A stretch of 64,000 nucleotides of DNA. Source: Hemiscyllium ocellatum (taxonomy: Eukaryota). Of this stretch, positions 35,037 to 47,388 are shown in pieces. The stretch is taken from NCBI RefSeq assembly GCF_020745735.1, contig NC_083430.1, positions 35,020,909 to 35,084,908 on the forward strand. Direction: 5' to 3'. Numbering within the stretch: position 1 is the first letter of the stretch; every line of letters starts with the position of its first letter. Made by a program: the position numbers and the translations under genes. The notes under the pieces were generated by a model. The model was not told the origin of the DNA, made no database searches, and saw only the letters and a program-made list of their open reading frames with translations.

Positions 35037-36952
35037 AAAAAAACCTAAAGAACTGCAGATTGTGGAGGAAATCGAAAACTAAAGCAGAAATTGCTGAAAA
35101 TAACTCAGCAGGTCACAGAGTCATAGAGATGTACAGCATGGAATCAGACCCTTCAGTCCAACTTGTCCATGCCGACCAGCTACCCCAGCCCAATCTAGTC
35201 TCACCTGCCAGCACCCGGTCCAATCCCACCAAACCCTTCCTATTCATATACCCATCCAGATGTTGCAATTGTACCAGCCTCCAACACTTCCTCCGGCAAC
35301 TCATTCCATATACTCACCACCATCTGCATAAAAAGGTTGCCCCTTAGGTCTCTTTTATATCTTTCCCCTCTCACCCTAAACCTATGCCCTTTAGTTCTGG
35401 ACCACCCACCCCAGGGAAAATATCTTATCTATTTACACTATCCATGCCCCTCATGATTTTATAAACCTCTATGAGGTCACCCCTCAGCCTCCGATGCTCC
35501 AGGGAAAACAGCCCCAGCCTATTCAATCTCTCCCATAGCTCAAATCCTCCAACCCTGGTAACATTCTTGTAAATCTTTTCTGAACCCTTTCAAGTTTCAC
35601 AACATCCTTCCGATAGGAAGGAGACCAGAACTACATGCAATATTCCAACAGTAGCCTAACCACCGTCCTGTACAGCTGCAACATGACCTCCCAACTCCTG
35701 TACTCAATACTCTGACCAATAAAGGAAAGCATATCAAACACCTTCTTCACTATCCTATCTGGTTGCAACTCCATTTTCAAGGAGCTATGAACCTGCACTC
35801 CAAGGTCTCTTTGTTCGACAACACTCTCTGGGACCTTACTATTAAGAGTATAAGTCCTGCTAAGATTTGCTTTCCCAAAATGCAACACCTTGCATTTATC
35901 TAAATTAAACTTCATCTGCCACTACTCAGCTCATTGGCTCATCTGATCAAGATCCCACTGTAATTAGAGATAATCTTCTTCACTGTCCACTACGCTTCCT
36001 ATTTTGGTGTCATCTGCAAACTTACGAACTATACCTCATGCATTCACATCCAAATCATTTACACAAGTGATGAAAAGTAATGGACCCAGCACCAATCCTT
36101 GTCGCACTCCAATGGTCACAGGACTCCAGCCTGAAAAGCAACCCTCCACCACCCTCTGTCGTCTACCTTGATCTTGTTCTGTATCCAAATGTTTAGTTCT
36201 CCCTGTATTCCATGAGATCTAACCTTGCTAACCAGTCTCCCATGGGGAACCTTGTTGAACACTTTACTGAAGTCCATATAGATCACATCCACCACTCTGC
36301 CCTCATCAATCCTCTTTGTTACATCTTAAAAAACCTCAATCAAGTTTGTGAGACATGATTTCCCATGTACACAGCCATGTTGACCATCCCTAATTAGTCT
36401 GTGCCTTTCCAAAATTGTGTAAATCCTATTCCTTCGGATTCCCTCTAACAACCTGCCTTCCATTGATGTCAAGCTCACTGGTCTAAAGTTCCTGGCTTGT
36501 CCTTGCCACCCTTTTTAAACAGTGGCACCACATTAGACAACCTCCACTCTTCTGGCACCTCACCTATGACTATCGATGGTACAAATATCTCAGCAAGGCA
36601 TCCAGCAACCACTTCCCTAGCTTCCCACAGAGGTCTAGGGTAAATCTGATCAGATCCTGGGGATTTATACACCTTACTGTGTTTCAAGACATCCAGCACT
36701 TCCTCCTTTGTAATAAGGACATTTTTCAAGATGTCATCATCTATTTCCCTATTTTCTATATCTTCCATGTCCTTTTTCATAATAAACACTGATGCAAAAT
36801 ACTCGTTTAATATGTTCCCCATCTCCTGCGGCTCCAGCATTTGTGAAGAGTAGGGTCCCATGACCGTTCTTCAGATCTGAAATGTTAACTCTGTTTTCTT
36901 TCCACAGATATTGCCAGACCAGCTGAGCTTTATCCAGCAATTTCTGTTTTTG
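35037..36952. mobile_element. Miniature fold-back PLE (family C) interrupted by CR1
   Basis: Arms aaagcagaaattgctg...ctcagcaggtc and gaccagctgagc...cagcaatttctgtttt; 14 bp TSD tag[a/c]tagtcaacta at 35023-35036 and 36953-36966. Confidence 0.75.
35113..36838 (-). mobile_element. CR1 LINE, 5'-truncated and decayed
   Basis: EPQEMGNILNEYFASVF...KSPGSDQIYPR...NVVPLFKKG; KCKVLHFGK; (tctatgac) tail. Confidence 0.95.
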
Positions 36953-37939
36953 TAGCTAGTCAACTATGTATGTAATATAATGGCAATAGATAAGCATATA
37001 ATGAGGGCATATGCAAGCTTGAGATGGCATATTAATGTCAAAAATACATAGGAAATGGCTAATAAAATTCCAGGTATCTGATTCAATACAATATGATTTT
37101 TTGCGGCATATGTCACAAGAGCTAAGTATAACAATGCACAAAGCACACATATAGTGACAGCAAGTGATTATATCTATGAAATAAACCTCACTTATTACTC
37201 AAGAATTAGCCGCTTTTGCCAAACTTTTGTGTGGTCTGCCTTCATCATTTAAAATTGATAAGTCCCCAGACGCAAGCTGGCAAGAGAGATTGGGGCAGCG
37301 TAATGCCCAAGGGAGATCCTAGCAAAGCCAAGTTACAGCTGTGGGCATCTCTTACAAAACACACACCTCCATCTTAAGCATTCCTGAAGTCAAATTTCTA
37401 TTGCACAGTGTGGGTGGGAACTGAGGCTGGAGAACATGCAAATATTGTACCACCTGTGGCATGCTAGCTGCCCACTATGGTACCAATGCAAGACAACATG
37501 AATACTGACACCACGAAAGTTGATCCAAAACCCACTCAAGATTGATCCAATAAACGATCCAGTTATCAGTTGAATAAGAGCTCATGTGTTATTTTTGAAA
37601 GGATGCAAGACATGGTCATCAGGAGAAGGCAGCAAAGCAGCAGGAATTCTATTGTGGTAACACAGTCAGTGTGAAAGGGAGAAGGTTCTCAAAGACCCTC
37701 GTTCAGTGAAGGATTATCAATAAAGTGAGGGCAGATCTGCCTGGCCACTAGGACTGTAACCATGGGGACAACTGTGATATACTGGGCTGGCAGGGGTCAC
37801 AGGACAAAACACAGTGGTTCCTGTGTGTAGCAGCAGAAGCAGACAGAGGTGAGAGAGGCAACAAAGTTCATTCCCTCAGCACATGTTGTATTGCCAAAGA
37901 ATCAGTCAGAGCATCAAGAAGCTGAACTGACTCTGTCCT

Positions 37940-38640
37940 CCGCAAGGATCTCATTAGACCTCATAGGTCCTATGTTTATAAACTCTTTCATCTCTGGCTC
38001 ATTCCAATGATTGGCAGGAACTTGGGTGACATTTTTCAGTCAGCAGCAGCCAGGTCGTAGATTTCATGTTTGAAAGGGTAGAGGGGTCCATAGAGTTTCC
38101 CAACAGATGGGGCAACGCAAGTGAAAAGCAGTTGTATTCACCTCCATCACTGGATTACTGGTGGACAGGGTCAACGCTTACATTCATATGATCCCCAGAG
38201 CTACAAATGAGGAGCCAGGGAGATTCATCTGTGGGAAGGGCTTCCACTCCTAAACAAGCTGCTAGTCTACAGCCACAGCAGGCACTTTTTTTCATAGAAT
38301 ATTCATAGAATCCCTACAGTATGTGACATACCCCACAGGTGTGTAACTGGTGTGTTACCCCAGCAACTGCCATGAGGCCTTCATCCTTTGGCAATCACAG
38401 GTTCCACAGTTCTACATGGCTTCTGTAAGAAGGTTTGAATGGCTGCTTGAGGTTAAGGCATATTTTCATTGAGTTGACATTTGACACTTTTCTGAAACCT
38501 GTCAATACTAAGAGAGAAAGGGAAAGTCTCAAGACAACGCTGCTCTCCTGCACCCATTCTAATAAGACACTCGGACAAGATATGACATTGCCACCTGCTC
38601 CACAATAGCACAAGACCAGGATTCAGTCATGTCCCCGGAC
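37940..38640 (+). pseudogene. Harbinger DDE transposase relic
   Basis: GKGFHS (~38233-38250), YPSNCHEAFIL (~38356-38388) and WLLEVKAY (~38440-38463) parallel RKGFHS, YPGSCHDAFIL and WLLGDKGY; a stub SINE/CR1 tail is inserted at ~38292-38325. Confidence 0.6.
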
Positions 38641-38919
38641 ACAGACTTATCCTACCTCCCAGTCTGCTATAGCCCCTCAGGCTGTTAGCACATGTGGATA
38701 TTGCACTGCGCTCACATTCACCCCAGCCCCAGGACAATAATCTAGTACCTGCTAAATTTAAATGAATCTTCATTGGTTCAGTTTCCATCTGGCCTTTCCC
38801 AATCCTGACATGCAGAAGAAATAAGTCAGAGCCTGCATCATAAAACAAAACACAATGAAATCTATCACGTGCGATCTATGTTTTAGTGAGGTCAGTCATG
38901 GCTGGACATAAGTCTAGTT

Positions 38920-39311
38920 GTCTAGGCGGAATTGAGGACTGCAGATGCTGGAGATTAGAGTCAAGAATGTGGTGCTGGAAAAGCACAGTAGGTCAGGCAG
39001 TATCCAAGGAGCAAGAAAATTGACGTTTCGAAAATTGACCCCTGAAGGGCTTTTCCTGCCCCTTGGATGCTGCCTGATCTGCTGTGCTTTTCCAGCACCA
39101 CACTCTCGACATAGGCCAAGCATAACTATGTTTATGTCGAGAGTGTGTTGCTGGAAAAGAACAGCAGATCAGGCAGCATCCAAGGAGCAGGAAAAGCCCT
39201 TCAGGGGTCAATTTTCGAAACGTCGATTTTCTTGCTCCTTGGATACTGCCTGACCTGCTGTGCTTTTCCAGCACCACACTCTCGACATAAACCTAGTTAA
39301 GCTTGGCCTAT
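38920..39311. mobile_element. Double fold-back miniature PLE (family A) with captured inverted flank
   Basis: Four copies of the 3'-end segment in alternating orientation; degenerate 15 bp TSD gacataa[gt/ac]ctagtt at 38905-38919 and 39284-39298. Confidence 0.85.
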
Positions 39312-40705
39312 TTGATACTGCGGTGTTCTAACTTGATCTTGCTCATAATATTAACTAAGGTTGAAAGACATAACAATTTCTAAATGTTTCCCACTGGTGT
39401 GTTTTTTCAGCTAATGAGATTTCCAGCTGATAAAAGATAAACAAAATAATAATTGAAAAACTCAGCCCACATATAAAGTTTTGATAAGCCTGACAAATTA
39501 CAAAACTGCCTCTCTCTAATATTCACCGCGATGCTCTGCCTGATGTCTTCACTTGCCTGATTTATTACTTAATTTTTCAATGCTTTCATTTCCTCTTTAA
39601 CTTTAATGATTGCAATATATTTTGCTCGATCACCAATTAAATAAGCATATTTATGTATTATAAATTCTAGCACTAATACATCATAAATTCAAAGACAATA
39701 TTTACCATCTAACATTTTCTTATTTTAAATAACATCTTTCCTTTCATCTCCCTTCCAATGATTTGTGATGAATGCTGAAATTTTTAAACCTTTTCTTGGT
39801 TTGTTAGAGTTTTTTAATCAAACATGATAGAGTAAGAGAGGGACAATATTTTTAAAGCGCTGAATCTGCAATAAGGGTACAGCTTTAAGACGTTGCATTA
39901 CACATCTAAACAATTATACTCCAAAGACAACCTTCAACCTTAATTGCTTTTAATCAGAAACAACTCTCAGGCTGGAAAGATATAAAGAGGAGAAATTGTT
40001 CTGTTTGAGAACAGAGAGTTGCAACATGTAGGTTGAAGATAATCACTACCACTATCTTTCTAATTGTTACTTTTACTGACACCTCTGCCATGGATTAATA
40101 AGACCTCACCTGTTTTGAGCTTTGTTCTATGTGTCTAATTATTTGGTGGGTCCTGGGCATGACTTAGCTTGTCACACCACGTAGCAAGATATTTAATGGC
40201 CTATTTTCCTCTTACAAATGACAAACTCTCACAGCTTGGGTCTTCCCTATAATAACTGATCCAAGTGGCTATTTCTCCTGTGAGCCATCTATCTCAACAA
40301 GGTACTCAAACCTGAGTACTGTACACAATTCTGTGTGCAGTAGCGTAGTGGTTGTGTTACTCAGAGAGTTGAGTTCAAATCCCACCATGTTAGACTGAAA
40401 GTTAAAGTACAATTTTCTTTGTTAAATGTGGCTAGACATAAAAACTGGTATCAGTAGAAGTGGCAATTGAGATGTGGACGAGAGAAAAACAAATATTAGT
40501 TTCTGATTTCTTTCAGTGAAAGAATCTCTTTCTAAATTGCTATGTTTGTTCTGTTCAATTATACATAATAACAATATTCAATTACACAGTAAAATATAAA
40601 GGACACAACATATGCCTTTGAACTGAAGGTTGAAATCTGTCTGTGTACTTGAGCGTAATAATATCCACCCTCTGACCTATACTCCATATTTGAATAATAG
40701 AATTA

Positions 40706-41046
40706 AAGAATCTCTACAGTGTGGAGGCAGGCCATTCAACCCATCGTGTCTACACTGACACTCAGAAGAGCATCACACCCAGACCCACCTCACCCCAAAC
40801 ATGTAACCCCACATTTCCCATGGCTAAGCTACCTAGCCTGCGTATCTCTGCAGACACTTTAGCATGGCTAATCCATTTAGCTTCCTCATCTTTGGTCTGT
40901 GGGAGCAAACCATAGCACCCAGAGGAAACCCATGCAGATACAGGGAGAATGTGCAATCTCCACACAGTCACACAAGGGGTGCAATTGAACCCAGGTCCCT
41001 GATTCTGTGAGGTTGCAGTGTTAGCCACTGAGCCACCATGCTGCCC
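40706..41046 (-). mobile_element. V-SINE (HE1-like)
   Basis: Reverse complement of the 2708-3018 type, with A-box TGGCTCAGTGG and B-box GGTTCAATTGC. Confidence 0.8.
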
Positions 41047-41774
41047 TTATTTAGCCCTGATGCCTTCTCATCAGAGCAGAGGATGCAAAACATGTGCCAC
41101 TCTTGCGCTAATTAGCTCAGCTATCACATTCAGAAAACAGCCAAACAGGAAAGGAAACTTGTCAATAAATAGGCACCCTGTTACTAATATGTTTTTCAGA
41201 ATTAAAGGCAAGAAGTCGCCTCTCAGTAACTTTACAATGTGTCTATACACAGTACTTCGCCACAAACAGTACATGCACAGATAAGGGTTGAGTTTATACT
41301 GGCAGGGGACAACCTTGGGACAACAAAGAGATAAGCCAATTAAGGCACTGCTTCTCCTGAGAGGGAGTCAGTTTTCTGCAAGGATGTCCCCTATGGGTTT
41401 CTTTCGCCAATGATTGAAAGTCCAACCTGTGTCCATTAGGCAAGAACTATTGAGACATAATAGTTACTTGATCTATAATGTATTTTATTCAAACTCTTCT
41501 AAACACTTTTATTCAAACTGTATGGGGCCATTGGGACTTGAATGTGGATTTTCTAACCAATAGTTGATACACTGTCCTGTCAATCTATTTTAGCATTACA
41601 CACAATCTGTTGAGTTTTAATTAATGTCCCCCAATATTAACAGGGAGTTAGTGGCTTCAAGATAGGTTTGGTAGGCTTTAAAAGTCGGGTTTATGTTTAT
41701 TTAATAACTTTCATCAACCAGGAAGTCCCAGTGATGTGTTATATGGCTAATGAAATATCTTTTACTTCATTCAT

Positions 41775-42049
41775 TCATGGGATGAGAGTGTCACCAGCTC
41801 GGTGCTCAGAGGCAATTAAGAATCAACCACATTGCTGTGAGTCTGGAGTCACATGTTGACCAGACCAGCTGGGGACATGAGTGAACCAGTTGGGTTTTTC
41901 TCAACTATCAACAATGACCATCATTAGACTCTTAATTCCAGATTTTCCTTTATTGAATTCAAATTCCACCATGACAGGATTCAAACCCAGGTCCCCTGGG
42001 TCTCTGTATTAACAGTCTAGCAATAATATCACGAGGCTGTTGCCTCCCC
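41775..42049 (-). mobile_element. tRNA-derived SINE-like element (second type)
   Basis: Minus strand ggggaggcaacagcctcgtg...gggacctgggtttgaatcc...gtgactccagactcacagcaatgtggttgattcttaattgcc. Confidence 0.7.
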
Positions 42050-42659
42050 TTTTTGAAGTACATTCACTAAACATGGTGACCAATTTGCACACAGCAAACT
42101 CCCACAAACAGCCATGAAATTAATGACCAAAACACCTGTTTTAAGTGTTGGTTAGGCAGGATACATTTTAAAGTAGAGCACTGGCATATAAAACTTAACA
42201 AGGTAGCCAATATCATTTTGAAAGGGCTTGCATATCACATTGATATCAGCATATTAATGGGCCAATGAGTTTTCATACAGGCAAAAATTCCACATTGGAG
42301 ATTCCAATCTGTTTTGAAATGAGATATTGAAATTGTCTTCATACATAATAAAATATATATCATGATTTGGCATATCAAATATGAAACAGCAAATGTTTAA
42401 TAGAAAACATTGCAATGTGTATATTTTTGCTTCTAACAGCTGAATAATGTACCAGAATTTAATTCAACCCATGACAACTTCAAAATGGTTAAGTGAATCA
42501 TTCATGTAGATAATAATAAATCTTCTTCAAGTCTGTGATAATTATTATTAGAAAGGACAGCTATTGAGTACAAGTCACTGAATCATTCTACCATTAAACA
42601 TGCAGTTAACCAAATATTCATTTGAGTATTCATATCCTGAAATGCATGTATTTTAATCT

Positions 42660-43040
42660 GATGTCTCAGCAGTTTAAAGAAAATAAATGTGATCAGGCAT
42701 GTGTCTATCAAAATTATTATGAAAGATTTTGATAGACTCAATGTTTCTGGTGACTGAAAGGTCAGTAACCAGAGATGACAGATGTAAAATAATTGGAAAA
42801 AGAACCAATACTGAGAATTTTTTGTAAAAATTAAGTTGTCACGATTTAGAATGCACTGTCACAAAGGGTGGTCAAAACAGCTCCAACTGCAATTTCCAAG
42901 GGGACTTGGATATTTACTTAACAGAAGTAAAATTGCTGAGCTCTGGAGCAAGGATGGTCAAGTGGAATGAATTCAATAGCTCATTCAAAGACCCAGCAGA
43001 GGCATGATGGGATGTTTGTCTTCTTCTTGTGCTGCATTAT
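42660..43040 (+). mobile_element. Decayed CR1 3' end
   Basis: Residual aaaattatt.aaagattttgataga, gaatgcactg, atgatggg pattern; a similar relic lies at ~45855-46205. Confidence 0.5.
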
Positions 43041-43946
43041 CTGGTGTATACTCTGAGGCCGTGTCCACTAAAAATCTGTTTGTACACATGTAATAACATG
43101 TGTGATTTGTATTCTCCAACATCTGCTGTTCCTACTTTGACAGTTATTTGAAAGGAACATGTAGCACACAATTCATCCTAACAGTGCAGAAAATATCAAG
43201 GTCTAAAACAGAAAGCAGTTGGGACTTATGTACGAGAATTCAACAAGAAAATTAGAAACAAACTTGTATCTTTCTTTCTTCAATAAACAGACAGGATTCA
43301 AACAGATTGATCAAGCTTATTTGTTCTCAGACTTAAATTCACTCAAATTTAGGACAAATTTCAAACAGCAGACATATTGGGCTAGGTGCCAATTTTGATA
43401 AATTTCATGGATGGGTCCTCTCAGTGAGGACTGGCAAGGTTACTCCCACTATCATCGCAACCTCATTAACTACCCTGACCCTATGATGTCCCTCTCATCT
43501 GATGCTTGCTGTTTCTACTACTCACCAGAGCTACTGCCCGAATATCCTAGAATGAACTGACCTCCTTGGCACTGGTGCCACCTTTAAAAGGCTGAAGCAC
43601 AATCTCAGTCAATTGGAGGATTGTTCAGTAGTGTAGGAAGAAGGTCTCTTGGAACCACCAGTGCAAGTGCCACCACCTTCTCTCTGCTACTTCATTTTCA
43701 CTCCATCTGTGCCTCTACACCCACCTCATACCAAGGTTCATGCACTCCCAGTCTCACTGCTGCCTACAAAATCTTCCATCGCTCATTCTCAACTATCCAA
43801 GCCCCTACATCATGAACTCTGCATGGCCTCTGTGTTTCCTATTCATTCGTGTGGGACAACTTACCACATTTCCCCACCTGCTTCAGTACTAACACCAGTA
43901 CCAGCCACTTCAGTCTCCCTTAATGCCTCCCTTTCACTCATTACAG

Positions 43947-44040
43947 AAGAAAACAGTCCACAACAGGACAGAAAGAGGCGAGGTAGATGATGATCTGCCA
44001 GACATTTGGTTCCTCAGTCCGTGTGAGGAGAGGATCCCAA
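43947..44040 (+). pseudogene. Possible exon relic of a Harbinger Myb/SANT-like accessory gene
   Basis: A pyrimidine tract and cag acceptor precede KKTVHNRTERGEVDDDLPDIWFLSPCEERI, reminiscent of the 'HNR.ER..TGGG.P....L...EE' segment. Confidence 0.3.
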
Positions 44041-46383
44041 CCCCAGCTGCCCCAAATACATAACTGATAGTCCAGCCACTGGACTAGAATCAGAGGTGCC
44101 ATTGAATTCCATTGTGCTGGAACCCCCTGACTGAAGGCTGTCTCTCATGATTTGACTGAGGTTATCTGACAACCATGGCTTCCTGCCTTTGTGTGTGCAC
44201 TAAATGGCAAGGAAACAGGAACAGCCTGGTGGCTCTGGCTGAGGGTTAAAGTGCAAAACGTAAAACAAAGTAGGGATGCCACAAGCATGTAGGTAGGCTC
44301 AGAATGAGAAAGCGCAAAGAGAATAGGCAATCGGCTTTGCAATACTGGTTGGTTGAATCTGTGAGCTGGGTGCCTGTCCTGTTAGAACACATCCTTGCAG
44401 CAGCCTTGCCAATCATAGTCATCAGTCCACCCCAAGGTGCAGCACTCAAGTGTACAAGCAAACTGCAAGTGGCGCAGAGATGTACAATAGTAAAGCAGAG
44501 GAGCTGGCAACTTTCCAATGCCAAACATAGACATCATTCATAAATTCACATCAAGTCTGTTCTGCCATTCAATCAAGAATGTCATTCGATCAAGAATTCT
44601 TGATCAAGAATTCGATCGGCCCCATTTTCCTTCCTTCTCCCCATAACCTTTCAATCCTCACCAATTAAAAATCTGTCTAACTCCTCTTTAAATGAGTGTG
44701 TGCCTTCACTGTCCATGAAGTGTGCCCTGAGCTGATGCTATCAGGCATCCCAGATGGAGGTCCTCAGGAGCAAGAGACAAGCTGGAGTTGCCAGGTACTT
44801 GTTCAGACCTCCACTCAAGGTTTCCCACCTCCTAGTTCATGTGTGGGGGCTAGTAGGCTAGCAAGCTGCAAATAATGAGGTGAGATCTGAAGTTAATGTG
44901 GTAGTACTGTGTTTTATAGAGAGATTTATTCTGTGCTGCTTCTCTTACAGAGAGGTGTTGCCACAGTGATGACAAGATGTCTGCTTCAGAAATAGCAGGT
45001 AAACAACTTTGAGCTCCCTGAGTGTGTTTTTTTTTAAATTAGACAAAAAAAACATGATGGATGGAGTCAGGCTCACCAAGGTTTTAGCTTTGCTTTCAGT
45101 TGGGCTTATGGATTTGGCGGTTGAAGCTGATAGATACCGCTTTCTGTCTGCTGCAGGGAAAGGCTTGGGTTCTCTATCTGCTACTAAATGATTTCCTTCA
45201 GCGTCTTCTTCTTCTAGATGGGAAGGGAGATAGCACATGAAGAAAATCTGTTTTGCTGAATTTGCCTTTGCTAAGGGTGTGTTTATAGGATGCTTCTATA
45301 TTGGAACAGTTAAGGATTATTAGTTAAATAATATATTATTTTATTAAGTACTTCAATAGAGTTAAAGTTATGTCAATTCTTCTTTCTTTATTTGTATTTT
45401 AACAGTGTTGTAAGAATGAAGTGCTTTACTTAAAGCTTAGCCATGCATCAATCAAATCACATCTGGAGCACAGTGCCTCATACCTGCCTTTAAATAATAT
45501 AAAATGTTGGGGTCTAGGCTATCTCCTTGATAATTCTGTAGGAGTTTGGTCTGGTCCATTAAATTAATTAGGCTGACAGCAAGCAATAATCCCTATAGTA
45601 GGCATCTCACTGCTGCCGAGCAAGAATCTCTTCTCACTGTCTGGGAGTAATTTGGACAATATAATGCTCCTGACACAAGATCATGCTCATTGAGCACCTC
45701 ACCTAATTTCCCCAGATTTCTCACCATAGCCACATCGTTTAGCCCTCTATACAATTCCACCCATTGCTTTTATTGGGATGTAATCAGCTGAGAGTATGTT
45801 GCTGTTATAACAAAACAAATTGGTAATTCTTTAGTCTCGATTAGATTGAAAAACAGCTTGACGTTTTTCTCTTTAGGAAAACAATAGTGGAGAAGAGACC
45901 AGCAATTATGAAGGAGCTTTAATCAGGTTAAATAAAGGTTTTCCCACTTATGGGGAGACCCAAAACAATGGACCATAGGGATATACAATATAACATAACC
46001 AACTCAGAATTCAGGAGAAGATCCTTTATCCAGAGAGTGGCAAGACCGTGGAACTCACCAAGAAGTTGAGGCAAACTGTGTGGGTGCATTTGAGGGGAAT
46101 CTCAATAAGCACATGAAAGAGAAAGGAATATAAGGACATACTATTAGAGGTAGGTGAGGTGAAGCGTAGCAGACTCATAGAGAGTGATTAGATCAAATAG
46201 CTGGTGTCCACTGAAATCCTTTGAGGTGGATCAGTCCAAGTTACTGATACCAAGTAGAGAAGGAGATCCACACAAAGTTTTTGGCAGAAGAGAGGCCTTG
46301 ACTTGTTGAATCAAATTCACATTACATCTAACTTACATGATAGTCTATTGTAAGAGAGCCAGCTGGATTTAAGTGCAGCAATA

Positions 46384-46965
46384 GTTGAAAATGTGTTGCT
46401 GGTTAAAGCACAGCAGGTTAGGCAGCATCCAAGGAATAGGAAATTCGACATTTCAGGCATAAGCCCTTCATCAGGAATGAGGAACCACGAGTGTGGGGGT
46501 AAGTACATGAAAGTTTTCGGTACTTACTGTCTTTAATTTCTGATATGGCTAGGAAGAACTGTTTGTTTAGTGTGTGGATTCTTCTGTAGATGAAGAACAG
46601 CAGGGGTCCTTTGCAGGTTTGTGAGAGTGTTGTCCTGAGCTGGGGTAGGGCTGATTGCAGGGAATGTAGGTAGCGACACATGGCTGCAAGGGTGGAGCGG
46701 AGGATCCGGAGGGAGGTCCGTTGCTGGAGGCTTCGGATTTGTTGTAGGTACAGGTTGTCCTGGTTGGGTCCAAATTTTGTTGGTTGGAATGTAGTTCGGA
46801 GTCCGTGTGGGATCAGTCGGTTCCGTAGGCAGGATTCCTGATGAAGGGCTTATGCCCGAAACGTCGAATTTCCTATTCCTTGGATGCTGCCTAACCTGCT
46901 GTGCTTTAACCAGCAACACATTTTCAACTGTGATCTCCAGCATCTGCAGACCTCACTTTTTACCC
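46384..46965. mobile_element. Fold-back PLE (family A) enclosing an N-terminal ORF fragment
   Basis: Exact 15 bp TSD ttaagtgcagcaata at 46369-46383 and 46966-46980; arms 46384-46478 and 46834-46928; the interior encodes CLRNRLIPHGLRTTF...AMCRYLHSL...YRKL on the minus strand. Confidence 0.92.
46834..46869 (+). ncRNA. Minimal hammerhead ribozyme motif (family A); mutated mirror copy at 46443-46478 (-)
   Basis: attc CTGATGA a gggc ttat gccc GAAA cgtc^gaat. Confidence 0.85.
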
Positions 46966-47353
46966 TTAAGTGCAGCAATACCTTACTACTGGCTGCACAG
47001 ACACACAATAAAGATTGGTTAGCTTCTCCCAGATATAGCCATTTATATCCTGGTGGGTAAAATTTATCTCCAGATGTCAGTTAACCCTTTGTCATGGCTC
47101 ACTGGGATACCTTGCTAGAAGTCAAGCCCCATTATTCCTGAAGTCCTCACCGAAGTTAGAATTTTTTGAAGTGCATAAAATTCCCCAAGTTACCTGTGTT
47201 CTAGGAGCAGGTTGCCTGAAATCACACAGCAAGTTTCTGTAATTAACAAAACTACTGTTTATTGCAAGTAAGTAGACTCTGGCTACAGTGAAACAATAGT
47301 GAAACATTGGTACATAACTCTACTAGCTAAAACTACAATCTGCTTGAATGGGT

Positions 47354-47354
<1 letters not shown>

Positions 47355-47386
<32 letters not shown>
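47355..47386. repeat. (CA)n microsatellite
   Basis: Perfect CA run of about 16 units. Confidence 0.95.

Positions 47387-47388
<2 letters not shown>

Noticed and set aside
38920-39311. Repeat-spacer look resembling a CRISPR array
   Set aside because: The repeats alternate in orientation and are PLE termini; eukaryotic context and no cas genes.
44908-45563. Possible solo LTR (and a similar block at ~47080-47790)
   Set aside because: No clean TG...CA termini, TSD or second copy visible in the window.
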